In this document: positions 1-8,916 of the stretch, piece by piece
How positions within the stretch are numbered: position 1 is the stretch's first letter
Layout of the letters: each line of letters starts with the position of its first letter
Assembly (NCBI GenBank): GCA_023485845.1
Contig: JAMCZE010000001.1
Span: forward strand, 62,456-126,455
Source: Patescibacteria group bacterium
Lineage (GTDB): Bacteria; Patescibacteriota; Microgenomatia; JAMCZE01
Direction: 5' to 3'
Length of the DNA: 64,000 nucleotides
Notes under the pieces: model-generated
What the model was told of the DNA's origin: nothing
Seen by the model: only the letters and a program-made list of their open reading frames with translations
The model's database searches: none
Made by a program: the position numbers and the translations under genes

Positions 1-671
1 GCTTTCGCGGTGACATTCTTAATTTATTCTACTATTCTTCGTTGGCGGCTTTTGTTGGTTGGGCAACAGTGAAATTCCGTCAAGAGAAACCAAAGGTCAT
101 TGTTTTGGGCAGTTGGCTTTTGATTGGTGTCTTGGGCGTCGGCTCATATCGGGGAACGCTATATGAGCATTATTTTAATATCCTCTACCCATTGCCGTTT
201 TTGTTTTTAGGCCTAGGCGGCAGTTGGTTATTAAGCAAGAAATATTTATGGGTAATTTTTGTGATCGCCCTGGCCGGTTTGATCTATTTACAGCAGCCAA
301 AGATGTTCTTCTATCAGCCGCCGAACAATCTTCTTACCCAAACACAGGATATTGATAAGATAGTTCTAGCCGAGGCTGACGGCAAGCTCTTTAACTTTGC
401 TTTAATTGCTCCCGGCAACAGCGATCATGCCTATCTCTATTTTCTTGAAATTTGGCACCAATCCCCGGTAACAATCTTAAATTCTGATTTAGATCCGCAG
501 CGAAAAACCGTGACGGACCAATTGATTGTGGTCTGTGAACAGAAAGATTGCGCTCCGCTGGGCAATCCGGCGTGGGAAATTGCCGGCTTCGGCCGCGGAG
601 AAATTGTAGACAAGCTTATCGGCCCCGCTGGGATTATGATCTATAAATTGATACACTACACTGGTAAATGA
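1..671 (+). CDS. GT-C (ArnT/PMT-like) membrane glycosyltransferase, C-terminal part (5'-truncated by window)
   Basis: Frame is open from base 3. TM segments (YEHYFNILYP) followed by a soluble tail resembling the C-termini of the GT-C genes at 2460 and 7428. Confidence 0.65.
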   Translation, partial: FRGDILNLFYYSSLAAFVGWATVKFRQEKPKVIVLGSWLLIGVLGVGSYRGTLYEHYFNILYPLPFLFLGLGGSWLLSKKYLWVIFVIALAGLIYLQQPKMFFYQPPNNLLTQTQDIDKIVLAEADGKLFNFALIAPGNSDHAYLYFLEIWHQSPVTILNSDLDPQRKTVTDQLIVVCEQKDCAPLGNPAWEIAGFGRGEIVDKLIGPAGIMIYKLIHYTGK

Positions 672-1447
672 AAAAAGTTTATCTTTCCGTGGTGATTCCC
701 TCATATAACGAGACGGAGAATTTGCGCCGGGGGGTGTTGGAGGAGGTTAAAAGCTACCTGTCCAAGCAAAAATATTCCTGGGAAGTGATTGTGTCCGATG
801 ATGCCTCGCCGGATGAAGAGTCGCGCCGGCTGGCCAAAGATTTTTGTGATCGAAATAGGGGTTTCACTTATTTGCAGAACCAGCACGGTGGCAAGCCGCT
901 GGCGGTTTGGGCCGGAATTCAAAAAGCCGTTGGGGAATTAGTTTTATTCACCGATATGGACCAGTCAACCCCCATCGGCGAGTTGGAAAAGTTGCTGCCG
1001 TATTTTGACCGGGGTTTTGACGTGGTCATCGGCAGCCGGGGATTGGAAAGGAAAAACTTTTCCCTGTTCCGCCAGTTGGCCTCATTTATCTTTCGTAACA
1101 TTCGCCGCTCGGTGCTGTTGCGAAAAATTGTGGACACCCAAGCCGGGTTTAAGTGTCTGCGTGCCAGTGTGGCTAGAGAGATTTTCCCGGTGATGGACGT
1201 GATCGCCAGTGCCGGAAAAGGATCGCAAGGTTGGACAGTAACGTCGTTTGATGTGGAAATGCTGGTGATTGCCCAAGACCGCGGTTATAAAATTGCCGAA
1301 GTGCCGGTTTCCTGGGCGGATCGGGACATCTCGGTGGCTAAAGCCGCCGAACGGGGCCAGGGGAAATTTATCAAAGAATCCATCGATATGCTCCAGGAAG
1401 TCTACCGAGTCAAATTTAACCAACTGCGCGGCCGATACAAAAAATGA
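668..1447 (+). CDS. GT2 polyprenol-phosphate glycosyltransferase (Alg5/DPM-like)
   Basis: SVVIPSYNE, DDAS, HGGK, FTDMDQSTP, DTQAGFK, FDVE motifs. Paralog of 31880. Confidence 0.88.
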   Translation: MKKVYLSVVIPSYNETENLRRGVLEEVKSYLSKQKYSWEVIVSDDASPDEESRRLAKDFCDRNRGFTYLQNQHGGKPLAVWAGIQKAVGELVLFTDMDQSTPIGELEKLLPYFDRGFDVVIGSRGLERKNFSLFRQLASFIFRNIRRSVLLRKIVDTQAGFKCLRASVAREIFPVMDVIASAGKGSQGWTVTSFDVEMLVIAQDRGYKIAEVPVSWADRDISVAKAAERGQGKFIKESIDMLQEVYRVKFNQLRGRYKK

Positions 1448-2496
1448 TTATCTTTTTCTATCTTCTTGTCTTAGCCGTCCTTGGCGTTTATTCCTATTCG
1501 CAGATTGACCTTAATCTAACTCTTCTCCAAACACCGTGGTTCCTTTCTTTCCAGCACTTGATGATTCAACTTGGTTATTTTAATCGTCTGCTCTCGACGG
1601 CCATTTTTGCCGGATTGTTGCTTTTGCTCTTTTTATTCTACCTTCTCCTTTTGCGACAGAAACCGAATTTGTTCATTCTGGTTGCCGGGGTGGTGGTCCT
1701 GACGCTGTTTGCCTACCCGGCTTTCTCCCATGATTTTTTTAATTATCTTTTTGACGCGAGAATAGTTACCCACTATGGCCAAAATCCTTACTTTTTTAAA
1801 GCCCTGGATTTCCCCACCGACACTTGGACGCGGTTTATGCAGTGGACGCACCGGACCTATCCCTATGGCCCCATCTGGCTGGCTCTCACCGTGCCGCTTT
1901 CCTATCTTGGCTTTGGTAAGTTTATTCTCACCGTTTTTAATTTTAAAATCATGTTTGCCGCGGCCTATGTTGGCTCGGTGGTTTTGATAAAAAAGTTGTC
2001 CGGAGTGAAGAACGCTCTTTTTTTTGCTGCTAACCCATTGGTCATTATTGAGGGACTGGTTAGCCCGCATTTAGATGCGGTAATGGCCTTCTTTTTTCTT
2101 TTTGCCCTTTATCTTTTGCCCCGGCAACGGTTATTGGCAATGATTTCTGTTTTACTCTCCGGGGGGGTTAAGTTTTTGACCTTTGTCACCCTGCCGTTTT
2201 TTTTCTGGCCGAAAAAAATAGTCGAGCGGTCCTTAGTTATGCTTTTGCTGGTTTTAATTCCGGTGATCATACTACGAGAAGCCTATTCCTGGTATTTCCT
2301 GCCACCATTGGCGGTGGTGGCGCTGATTAACAATCGGACCCTTTGGATTCTGGCGGTGGCCACCACTTTCGGATTACTGCTGCGTTATTTGCCCTTTCTC
2401 TATCTTGGCCAGGAAAGTTTGGCCCCGGAGAATCTTTTGACAATTGTTCCGGTGGTGCTATGCGGTTTAGGTCTTACCTTTTACCGGCGGCGCTGA
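1444..2496 (+). CDS. GT-C membrane glycosyltransferase, MptA/MptB-like
   Basis: Multi-TM with SHDFFNY, YPYGP, NPL, PHLD motifs. Confidence 0.7.
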   Translation: MIIFFYLLVLAVLGVYSYSQIDLNLTLLQTPWFLSFQHLMIQLGYFNRLLSTAIFAGLLLLLFLFYLLLLRQKPNLFILVAGVVVLTLFAYPAFSHDFFNYLFDARIVTHYGQNPYFFKALDFPTDTWTRFMQWTHRTYPYGPIWLALTVPLSYLGFGKFILTVFNFKIMFAAAYVGSVVLIKKLSGVKNALFFAANPLVIIEGLVSPHLDAVMAFFFLFALYLLPRQRLLAMISVLLSGGVKFLTFVTLPFFFWPKKIVERSLVMLLLVLIPVIILREAYSWYFLPPLAVVALINNRTLWILAVATTFGLLLRYLPFLYLGQESLAPENLLTIVPVVLCGLGLTFYRRR

Positions 2497-3743
2497 TTAT
2501 TTTTGGTTTGGCGCTGCGGTTCTATCAACTCCAAACCCGGGCGGGATTTGATTTTGATCAGGAAACAGCGGCCTGGTGGGTGCGGGATTTGTTGGTCAAC
2601 CATAAATTCTCTCTGATCGGCCAAGAAATCTCTGTCGGCGGAGTGTTTATTGGCCCGGCCTTCTATTACTTGTTGGCAGTTTTTTATGCTCTTTTTCGCT
2701 TTGATCCGGTGGCCGGCAATGTCATGGTGACGGTGGTTGCCGGAGCGACAATGTTAATGGTATATCTTGCCGCCCGTCGGTTGTTTGACCAAAAAACAGC
2801 CCTTTTATCCTTATTTCTTTATGCCATTTCTTCCTCACTGATTTTTTATGACCGGACAGTGGCGCCCTCAAATCTAATTATGCTCTTGTCGGTGGCAGCG
2901 CTCTATTTTCTTCTTCGACAATCATATTTTTGGTTAGGGGTGATTACCGGTCTGTCATTTAGTGTCCATCCGACGGCCGTGCTTCTTTTACCAATCATTT
3001 TTCTTTATAAAATTAAAATTACCAAAAGGCAATTATCGCTGTTCACTATTCCGGTGCTGCTTTTGGTTTCTCCGCTAATTATTTTTGACCTGCGGCACCA
3101 ATTTCTTAATATTCTCGGATTGGTTCACGGACTAGCCTCGTCGGGGATTGTTGACAGTGCTTATCCGGTGCCGTTTAAATTTTTGATTAATCTGCGGATT
3201 TTATTTGTTTCCTTGGCCCAGGTTGTGCTGCCGATAAATAACTGGTTAGTGAAATTCGCCATGGTTGGAATGGTGGGGTGGGCCATAAGAAAAAAGCGGC
3301 CGGCATGGTTATGGATTTTAACGCCGGCGGTGGCTTTAAGTTTCTACCGCCTCCATGTGCCGGAATATTATTTCTTAATGGTTTTTCCGGTGGTGCTGAT
3401 CCATTTTGGAAACTGGCTTTCTCGTTGGCCAAAAGTTTTTCTGGGGCTGTTTCTGGGCGTCACCGTCTTTTTTAATTTGCAGAATTTCTTCGCCTTTCGC
3501 AATCCAGTGAATCTAGCGGACAAAAAGGCGGCCGTTGCCACCATTGCCGCCCAGTCTGCCGGCGCCACAGTGGCTGTTAATGTTAACGCCGACCTGGGGC
3601 AAAATAACGGGTTTAATTATCTGTTCACTTTCTACCATCTGCGACTCTCGAGCGACGCTGATAAAAAATTTACGATTTTTGTGCCCTCACAACGATCCAC
3701 GGCCAGTGGGGAAATATTTGGTAATATTAAGGTGGTCCGATGA
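2460..3743 (+). CDS. GT-C (GT39/ArnT-like) membrane glycosyltransferase
   Basis: Start reassigned to ATG 2460 (MRFRSY). LRF..FDQE loop, GPAFYY, FDLRH. Confidence 0.75.
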   Translation: MRFRSYLLPAALIIFGLALRFYQLQTRAGFDFDQETAAWWVRDLLVNHKFSLIGQEISVGGVFIGPAFYYLLAVFYALFRFDPVAGNVMVTVVAGATMLMVYLAARRLFDQKTALLSLFLYAISSSLIFYDRTVAPSNLIMLLSVAALYFLLRQSYFWLGVITGLSFSVHPTAVLLLPIIFLYKIKITKRQLSLFTIPVLLLVSPLIIFDLRHQFLNILGLVHGLASSGIVDSAYPVPFKFLINLRILFVSLAQVVLPINNWLVKFAMVGMVGWAIRKKRPAWLWILTPAVALSFYRLHVPEYYFLMVFPVVLIHFGNWLSRWPKVFLGLFLGVTVFFNLQNFFAFRNPVNLADKKAAVATIAAQSAGATVAVNVNADLGQNNGFNYLFTFYHLRLSSDADKKFTIFVPSQRSTASGEIFGNIKVVR

Positions 3744-5464
3744 AGAAAAAAACTTTTGCCATAATTTTTGCTTTAATTCTCTTGGTTGGTTTGGGATTGC
3801 GGACGTGGCGGCTCAATGATTTACCGGTGGGACTGCACTTTGACGAGGCCCAGGCGGGCTATAATGCTTATCTTCTTGGCCTAACCGGCAAGAACATCCA
3901 AGGCCAATTCCTGCCGATCTATATTGATTCCTGGGGAGACTATCGCCCCGCGCTGGTGGCCTATGCCTCCATCATCCCAGTGAAGCTTTTCGGGTTGTCT
4001 CCTTTTTCCACCCGGTTGCCCATTGCCCTAACCGGAGTGCTCTTGGGAGTGATTGCTTATGTTTTTTGTGTCAAGTTTTTTAAAAACAAAATCATGGGGC
4101 TATTGGCGATGGCATTGGTGATGGTCTCACCATATGGCTTTATCACCAGTCGGGGAACTCTTGAAGGCATCTTTGATGTGGTCCTTAGTCTCGCCGCCGT
4201 CTTGCTGTTGGTGCGGTTCTTTGAGACTAAACATACCCGTTGGCTACCGGCAGTTTATTTCCTTTATCTCCTGGCCTATTTTTCCTATCAAACCTCCCGG
4301 GCCCTCACGCCGTTTTTCTGGCTGGCCACGGTGGGCCTCTGCTTTTGGCAGTTTCGGCCCAATAAAAAATTACTGCTGCTGGTGGTGCTGCCATTAGTGG
4401 CTTATGTGGTCTTTCCTTGGTTTTATTTTTTCCGCACACCGGTGGGCCTGGGCCGTTTTGACCAGGTGAGCGTTTTCACCTATCCGGAAGTCCAACATAA
4501 TTTAAACACGGACATTGCCGAAGATGGTCCGAACGCTAACCCGCTGGTGGTTCGAGTGTTTCATAATAAAGTCCTGGCTTATGCCTTCGACATTGGTCAG
4601 CGCTATGTCACTTTTTTCTCACCCAACCCGATGCTCTTTTCCATGCGGGAGCCGGGGCGCCACTATGTGGAAAATGTCGGGGCAATCACGATGGTGGAAT
4701 TCATCGGCTTTTTGCTGGCGGCGGCTATCTTCCTTAATCGCCGTTACCCACCCTTAACTTATTTACCGCTGGCCCTACTTTTCCTGGCCCCTTTGCCGGC
4801 CGCTCTCACCATTGAGGGTTTTCCTAATTTTTCCCGGATTGTGTTTTTTGTTCCCCTTTGGCAGGTGGTGGCCGCATTTGGTCTGGTGACTTTTTTGAAA
4901 AACAAAAAATTGCTTGTTTTACCGTTAATCCTTCTGGCTGGTTGGCAGTTTATCGCCATGCTCCATGCCTATTTTGTCCACGAGCCGGTGCATTATTGGT
5001 CAATTGACACCCGCAGCACGGAAATGAAAAGTCTGGCTCTCTTTTTGAAAAAAGAGAGAGATGAGAATAAAAATATCATCCTCTCTCAATATGACGGCGG
5101 CTATATCTACTATCTGTTTTATAACCAAATTAATGTTTTCGATGTCCCCGTCGTTAAAACCAGACCATATTTTACCGGCCGGTTTTCTCTTGATGTCATT
5201 GATTTTTCCAAGAATGACTGTGTTGACCCGGATGATCTGATGGCCAAAAAATATGATGTTTTAGTCATGCGGGCTGGCTGCTTCCAACCAAGATTTGGCC
5301 GGGAGATTAGCCAGTTTAAGCGTTCCGACGGATCGCTGGTGCTTCGCGCCTACGATCTAACCGGATCGGCCTCCCAGATTTATCTTGATTATTTTGAGTC
5401 AGTGCCAAATAAACAGACAATTAATAATATCCGTGGAGCAATGGGCTTTTCTCTCTTGCCATGA
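3740..5464 (+). CDS. GT-C (PMT-2/ArnT-like) glycosyltransferase, DEA-x-YNA subfamily
   Basis: HFDEAQAGYNAY, GDYRP, RLP, RVFHNK. Many TM helices and a C-terminal soluble domain. Confidence 0.8.
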   Translation: MKKKTFAIIFALILLVGLGLRTWRLNDLPVGLHFDEAQAGYNAYLLGLTGKNIQGQFLPIYIDSWGDYRPALVAYASIIPVKLFGLSPFSTRLPIALTGVLLGVIAYVFCVKFFKNKIMGLLAMALVMVSPYGFITSRGTLEGIFDVVLSLAAVLLLVRFFETKHTRWLPAVYFLYLLAYFSYQTSRALTPFFWLATVGLCFWQFRPNKKLLLLVVLPLVAYVVFPWFYFFRTPVGLGRFDQVSVFTYPEVQHNLNTDIAEDGPNANPLVVRVFHNKVLAYAFDIGQRYVTFFSPNPMLFSMREPGRHYVENVGAITMVEFIGFLLAAAIFLNRRYPPLTYLPLALLFLAPLPAALTIEGFPNFSRIVFFVPLWQVVAAFGLVTFLKNKKLLVLPLILLAGWQFIAMLHAYFVHEPVHYWSIDTRSTEMKSLALFLKKERDENKNIILSQYDGGYIYYLFYNQINVFDVPVVKTRPYFTGRFSLDVIDFSKNDCVDPDDLMAKKYDVLVMRAGCFQPRFGREISQFKRSDGSLVLRAYDLTGSASQIYLDYFESVPNKQTINNIRGAMGFSLLP

Positions 5465-6588
5465 AGATTTTTGCTTTCCCTCTTAGCTTAGCAACGGTTA
5501 TTTTTCTGGGCTTTCAGCAACGCTGGCACTACACTTTAAGTGGGGATCTAATTAACTACTACTATCCGATTGCCCGGCATGTTTGGACCGCAGGCACACT
5601 GATTTATCCGCCCGGGGCCAATCTCTTCTTTCTGTCTTTGCCGGCGATGTCTTTTAGTATTTATCAAGTTGCTTTTATTTGTGTCGATATAATTTTTCTT
5701 TTAATTTTGTTGGCACTGACCAAGAAACCGATAATGCTCGGGCTATTAATCCTGGCAGCCGGACCGATCATCCTGTTTCGCTTTGATCTTTTGGTGGTCA
5801 CACTAATGGTTGCCGCCTTAGTGTTTTTTCAGCGGCTCCGTTATGGTCTTTCTGGATTTTTCTTGGGGCTGGCCGTGGCCACGAAAATTTTCCCCATCGT
5901 TCTGTTGCCATATTTGTTGTTAGTGGCTGGGCGAAAGTTCGGGAGATTTCTTCTGGCCTTTGTCGCTGCCATTGTTTTGGTTTTTCTCGTTTATGCTGGG
6001 ACCACCGGCCAAAGTATGCCGGCAATCATTGCCAACATGGGTTTTGTTTTTTCCGGGACGGTGCATATGGAATCCGTGCTGGGAACGGTGCTAACCATGG
6101 TGACGGCCTTCACCAATCCCGGACCGCATGGTGTCAGCTTTGTGGCTGCTGTTTGGGCCCTGGATCCGCTGTATTATTTGGGTCATGAGCGGCTTTTCCG
6201 GCTTCTTCTCCCCGTGAGCATAGCTGTAATCTATTTAATTATCTTTCTGCGCCGTCCGAGAATGCTGGACATATCCGTCTGCTTACTGCTTATCGGCACG
6301 ATGATTGCCGCTTCGCAACTTTTCTCACCGCAATACATGATTTGGCTGGCCTTCCTCTTGCCGCTGGCAAAGAACAACAGGGTCAACAGTATTCTTGTGT
6401 TGGCGGCGCTGGTTTGCACCCAATTAATTTATCCTTTAAACTATGGCGAATTGATTGACTTTTTTAACAAGGGGGCCAATTTACATTTATTTCTAATTCT
6501 GGCCGCTAGGAATTTTCTGTTAGTTGCCTTTGTCTGGCGCCTGGTAAAATATGAACTCTTGCCGATTCTGCCGGCGAAAAAGTCTTAA
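5461..6588 (+). CDS. GT87/DUF2029-like GT-C membrane glycosyltransferase
   Basis: D..YY, YPP, RFDL, TKIFP, FSPQY motifs. Confidence 0.7.
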   Translation: MKIFAFPLSLATVIFLGFQQRWHYTLSGDLINYYYPIARHVWTAGTLIYPPGANLFFLSLPAMSFSIYQVAFICVDIIFLLILLALTKKPIMLGLLILAAGPIILFRFDLLVVTLMVAALVFFQRLRYGLSGFFLGLAVATKIFPIVLLPYLLLVAGRKFGRFLLAFVAAIVLVFLVYAGTTGQSMPAIIANMGFVFSGTVHMESVLGTVLTMVTAFTNPGPHGVSFVAAVWALDPLYYLGHERLFRLLLPVSIAVIYLIIFLRRPRMLDISVCLLLIGTMIAASQLFSPQYMIWLAFLLPLAKNNRVNSILVLAALVCTQLIYPLNYGELIDFFNKGANLHLFLILAARNFLLVAFVWRLVKYELLPILPAKKS

Positions 6589-7441
6589 GTTGCTTTTTCC
6601 CGCTAACAAAGAAGAAATAATCTCCGATCCAACGGCGTTTGCCTGCACCAATTGTGGCTTTGGCTCTCACGGGCCGATTGTGAGATGTCAGTTTTGCAAA
6701 ATGATCTATCTTGATGAAAAAATTTCCCAAAGGCAAATCAGCACTTACTATGAAGTTGCAAAAGATCCACTATATTTCTCCGAACAAAATGCCCGGAGAA
6801 AAACATTTAGCAGTTACCTGAAAAGATTGGAGCGGGCATTTCCTGAAAAGGGAAGATTGCTAGATATCGGGACCAACACCGGACTATTTGTCCGGCTGGC
6901 CCTGGATCAAGGATGGCAAGCCAAGGGGTTAGAGCCCAATCGTTGGGCGGTGGAGTTCGCCAAAAAGAACTACCAAATTAATCTAATAAATAAGCCGTTT
7001 GAGAGAAACACTTTTCCCAAAAATAGCTTTGAAGTGATTACCATGTGGGATGTGATTGAGCATTTCACCGATCCGGTGGCGGAGATAGAAAAAGTCTACC
7101 ATCAACTTAAGCCGGGGGGGTTGTTTGCTTTTTCCACAGTTGATCCGGAGAGCCTGTTGGCAAAAATCATGGGAACGAAATGGTCCTGGTATATGGACAT
7201 GCACCGGGCATTTTTCAGCCACCGGGCAGCAAAGCATTATTTAAAAAAGATTGGATTTACAAAGGTTGTTTTCCAATCACATTGGCGATTTTTGTCATTG
7301 GGCTATCTGGCGACGCGGCTGGCGGCAATTAATCCGTTGGTTGCGAAAGCGGCCCAGCGGACAATTAGTTTCCTTGGGCTGTCTAAAACAGTGGTGCCTT
7401 ATTACGCCAATGATCTTTTTGACTGTTATGCGTATAAGTAA
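6551..7441 (+). CDS. Class I SAM-dependent methyltransferase with N-terminal Cys pairs
   Basis: CRFC/CTNC/CQFC, LLDIGTNTG, WDVIEH, LKPGG. Confidence 0.85.
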   Translation: MNSCRFCRRKSLKLLFPANKEEIISDPTAFACTNCGFGSHGPIVRCQFCKMIYLDEKISQRQISTYYEVAKDPLYFSEQNARRKTFSSYLKRLERAFPEKGRLLDIGTNTGLFVRLALDQGWQAKGLEPNRWAVEFAKKNYQINLINKPFERNTFPKNSFEVITMWDVIEHFTDPVAEIEKVYHQLKPGGLFAFSTVDPESLLAKIMGTKWSWYMDMHRAFFSHRAAKHYLKKIGFTKVVFQSHWRFLSLGYLATRLAAINPLVAKAAQRTISFLGLSKTVVPYYANDLFDCYAYK

Positions 7442-8909
7442 GGTATTACTCATTATTGTTCTATTTGTTCTGGCGGCTTATGTCCGTCTTCTTCCGGCCT
7501 TCTCCGGTAATGTTCATTTTAGTTTCGATCAGGGGTTGGACATGATTATGACCAAACAATTGGTGGTGGACCACAAAATTAATTTAATCAGCCGCTATAG
7601 CGGTTTGCAGGGAGTGTTGATGGGGCCAGTGTGGACCTGGACCCTGGCGATTCCTTTTGCTGCCAGCGGGGGGAACCCGGCGGCCAACATCGTTTTTCTG
7701 TCGGCGCTTTGCTTAGGAAGTGCCCTATTAATGTTTTTTTTGCTGCGGTGGGAATTTGGTTGGCCAACAGCTTTTCTAACCCTAATTATTGCTCTTTTCT
7801 CACCACAATTTGTTTCTAATTCCCAAGTGGTCTTAAGCCCTAACCCACTAACGTTCTTATTTTTCTTTTATCTCTGGGGGATTAATAAGAAAAATTGGTT
7901 ATTGACTTGGGTGTTAGTGGGAATTTTTTTTCAATTAGAGCTGGCTTTTGCCATCATCACCCTGTTCCCACTGCTGATTTATTTTTTCTTGTCTAAGCAA
8001 TTTAAGTCAAAACGGTTTTGGCTGGGAGTGGGGGTTTTTGGCCTAACGCTTTTGCCGCAGGCGGTCTTTGACCTTCGCCATAATTTCCTGATTACCAAAA
8101 GCCTGCTCACTTTTCTTTCGGGCAATGATAGCAGCTTATATAAAGAGGGAGTGCCGTTAGTTAGGCGCTTTGGGGAGCGGCTAGCAACTTTCCGGGAGGA
8201 TTTTGCGGCCATGGCGCTTTATTTTCAAGTCGGGGTCTTATCATTAATCACCTTAATTGCTGCTGGCGGCGGTTGGTGGAAAGTTAAAGTGAAACACTTG
8301 AGTAGGGAAATTGTTTGGGGAAAAATGCTACTCATTGTTTTGGGATGTTTCTTTATCGGCTTCACACTTTACCCCGGTTCGCTTTGGGGATGGTATCGGG
8401 CCGGACTGCCGGTTGTTTACATTTTGCTGTTAACAATCCCCATCGGGCGAACTTCAAAGATTTTGGTGGCCGGCTTTGTCCTGGCGTTTCTTGCCCAGGG
8501 ACTATTGCTTGTCAACACACCACAAACCAGCGGTTCCAACCTGTCGGTCCAGGAGCGGGTGTTGGATTATGTTTACACTAGTTCCTCCGGCCAAAATTTT
8601 TTCTCATTTGTCTACACACCACCGGTTTATGACTACATCTGGCAGTATGACTATTGGTGGTATGGCCGGCAGAAATATGGCCGGTTGCCGGATAATTGGC
8701 AAATGTCCGTGCCGCTTCTGGGGGTGGGAACCCAATCGCCGGGGCCGACCGGGCAGGAAAAGTTGATGTATTTAATCATTGAGCCAGATTTTGAGCGCCC
8801 CTGGGCCCCAGCCGGTTGGTTGGAAACCTACATAAAATCCGGTCGTCCCATCTCCCGTCAAACTTTTCCTGGGGGAATTGTTGTTGAGAAGAGAGTGGCC
8901 GCGTTATAA
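7428..8909 (+). CDS. GT-C (GT39/ArnT-like) membrane glycosyltransferase
   Basis: Start reassigned to ATG 7428 (MRISK). FDQG loop, GP, FDLRHNF, YTPPVY. Paralog of 2460. Confidence 0.75.
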   Translation: MRISKVLLIIVLFVLAAYVRLLPAFSGNVHFSFDQGLDMIMTKQLVVDHKINLISRYSGLQGVLMGPVWTWTLAIPFAASGGNPAANIVFLSALCLGSALLMFFLLRWEFGWPTAFLTLIIALFSPQFVSNSQVVLSPNPLTFLFFFYLWGINKKNWLLTWVLVGIFFQLELAFAIITLFPLLIYFFLSKQFKSKRFWLGVGVFGLTLLPQAVFDLRHNFLITKSLLTFLSGNDSSLYKEGVPLVRRFGERLATFREDFAAMALYFQVGVLSLITLIAAGGGWWKVKVKHLSREIVWGKMLLIVLGCFFIGFTLYPGSLWGWYRAGLPVVYILLLTIPIGRTSKILVAGFVLAFLAQGLLLVNTPQTSGSNLSVQERVLDYVYTSSSGQNFFSFVYTPPVYDYIWQYDYWWYGRQKYGRLPDNWQMSVPLLGVGTQSPGPTGQEKLMYLIIEPDFERPWAPAGWLETYIKSGRPISRQTFPGGIVVEKRVAAL

Positions 8910-8916
8910 TGAAATT

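Noticed and set aside
2343-2459. Long N-terminal extensions in the ORF track (2343, 7251, 8878, 19900, 28924, 36250, 54184)
   Set aside because: They overlap upstream genes extensively; downstream starts fit family N-termini better.
2161-7120. G7 runs at 2161 and 7114 (also A9 at 58962) as phase-variation tracts
   Set aside because: Genes are in frame, runs encode ordinary Gly-Gly or Lys codons, and nothing indicates variation.
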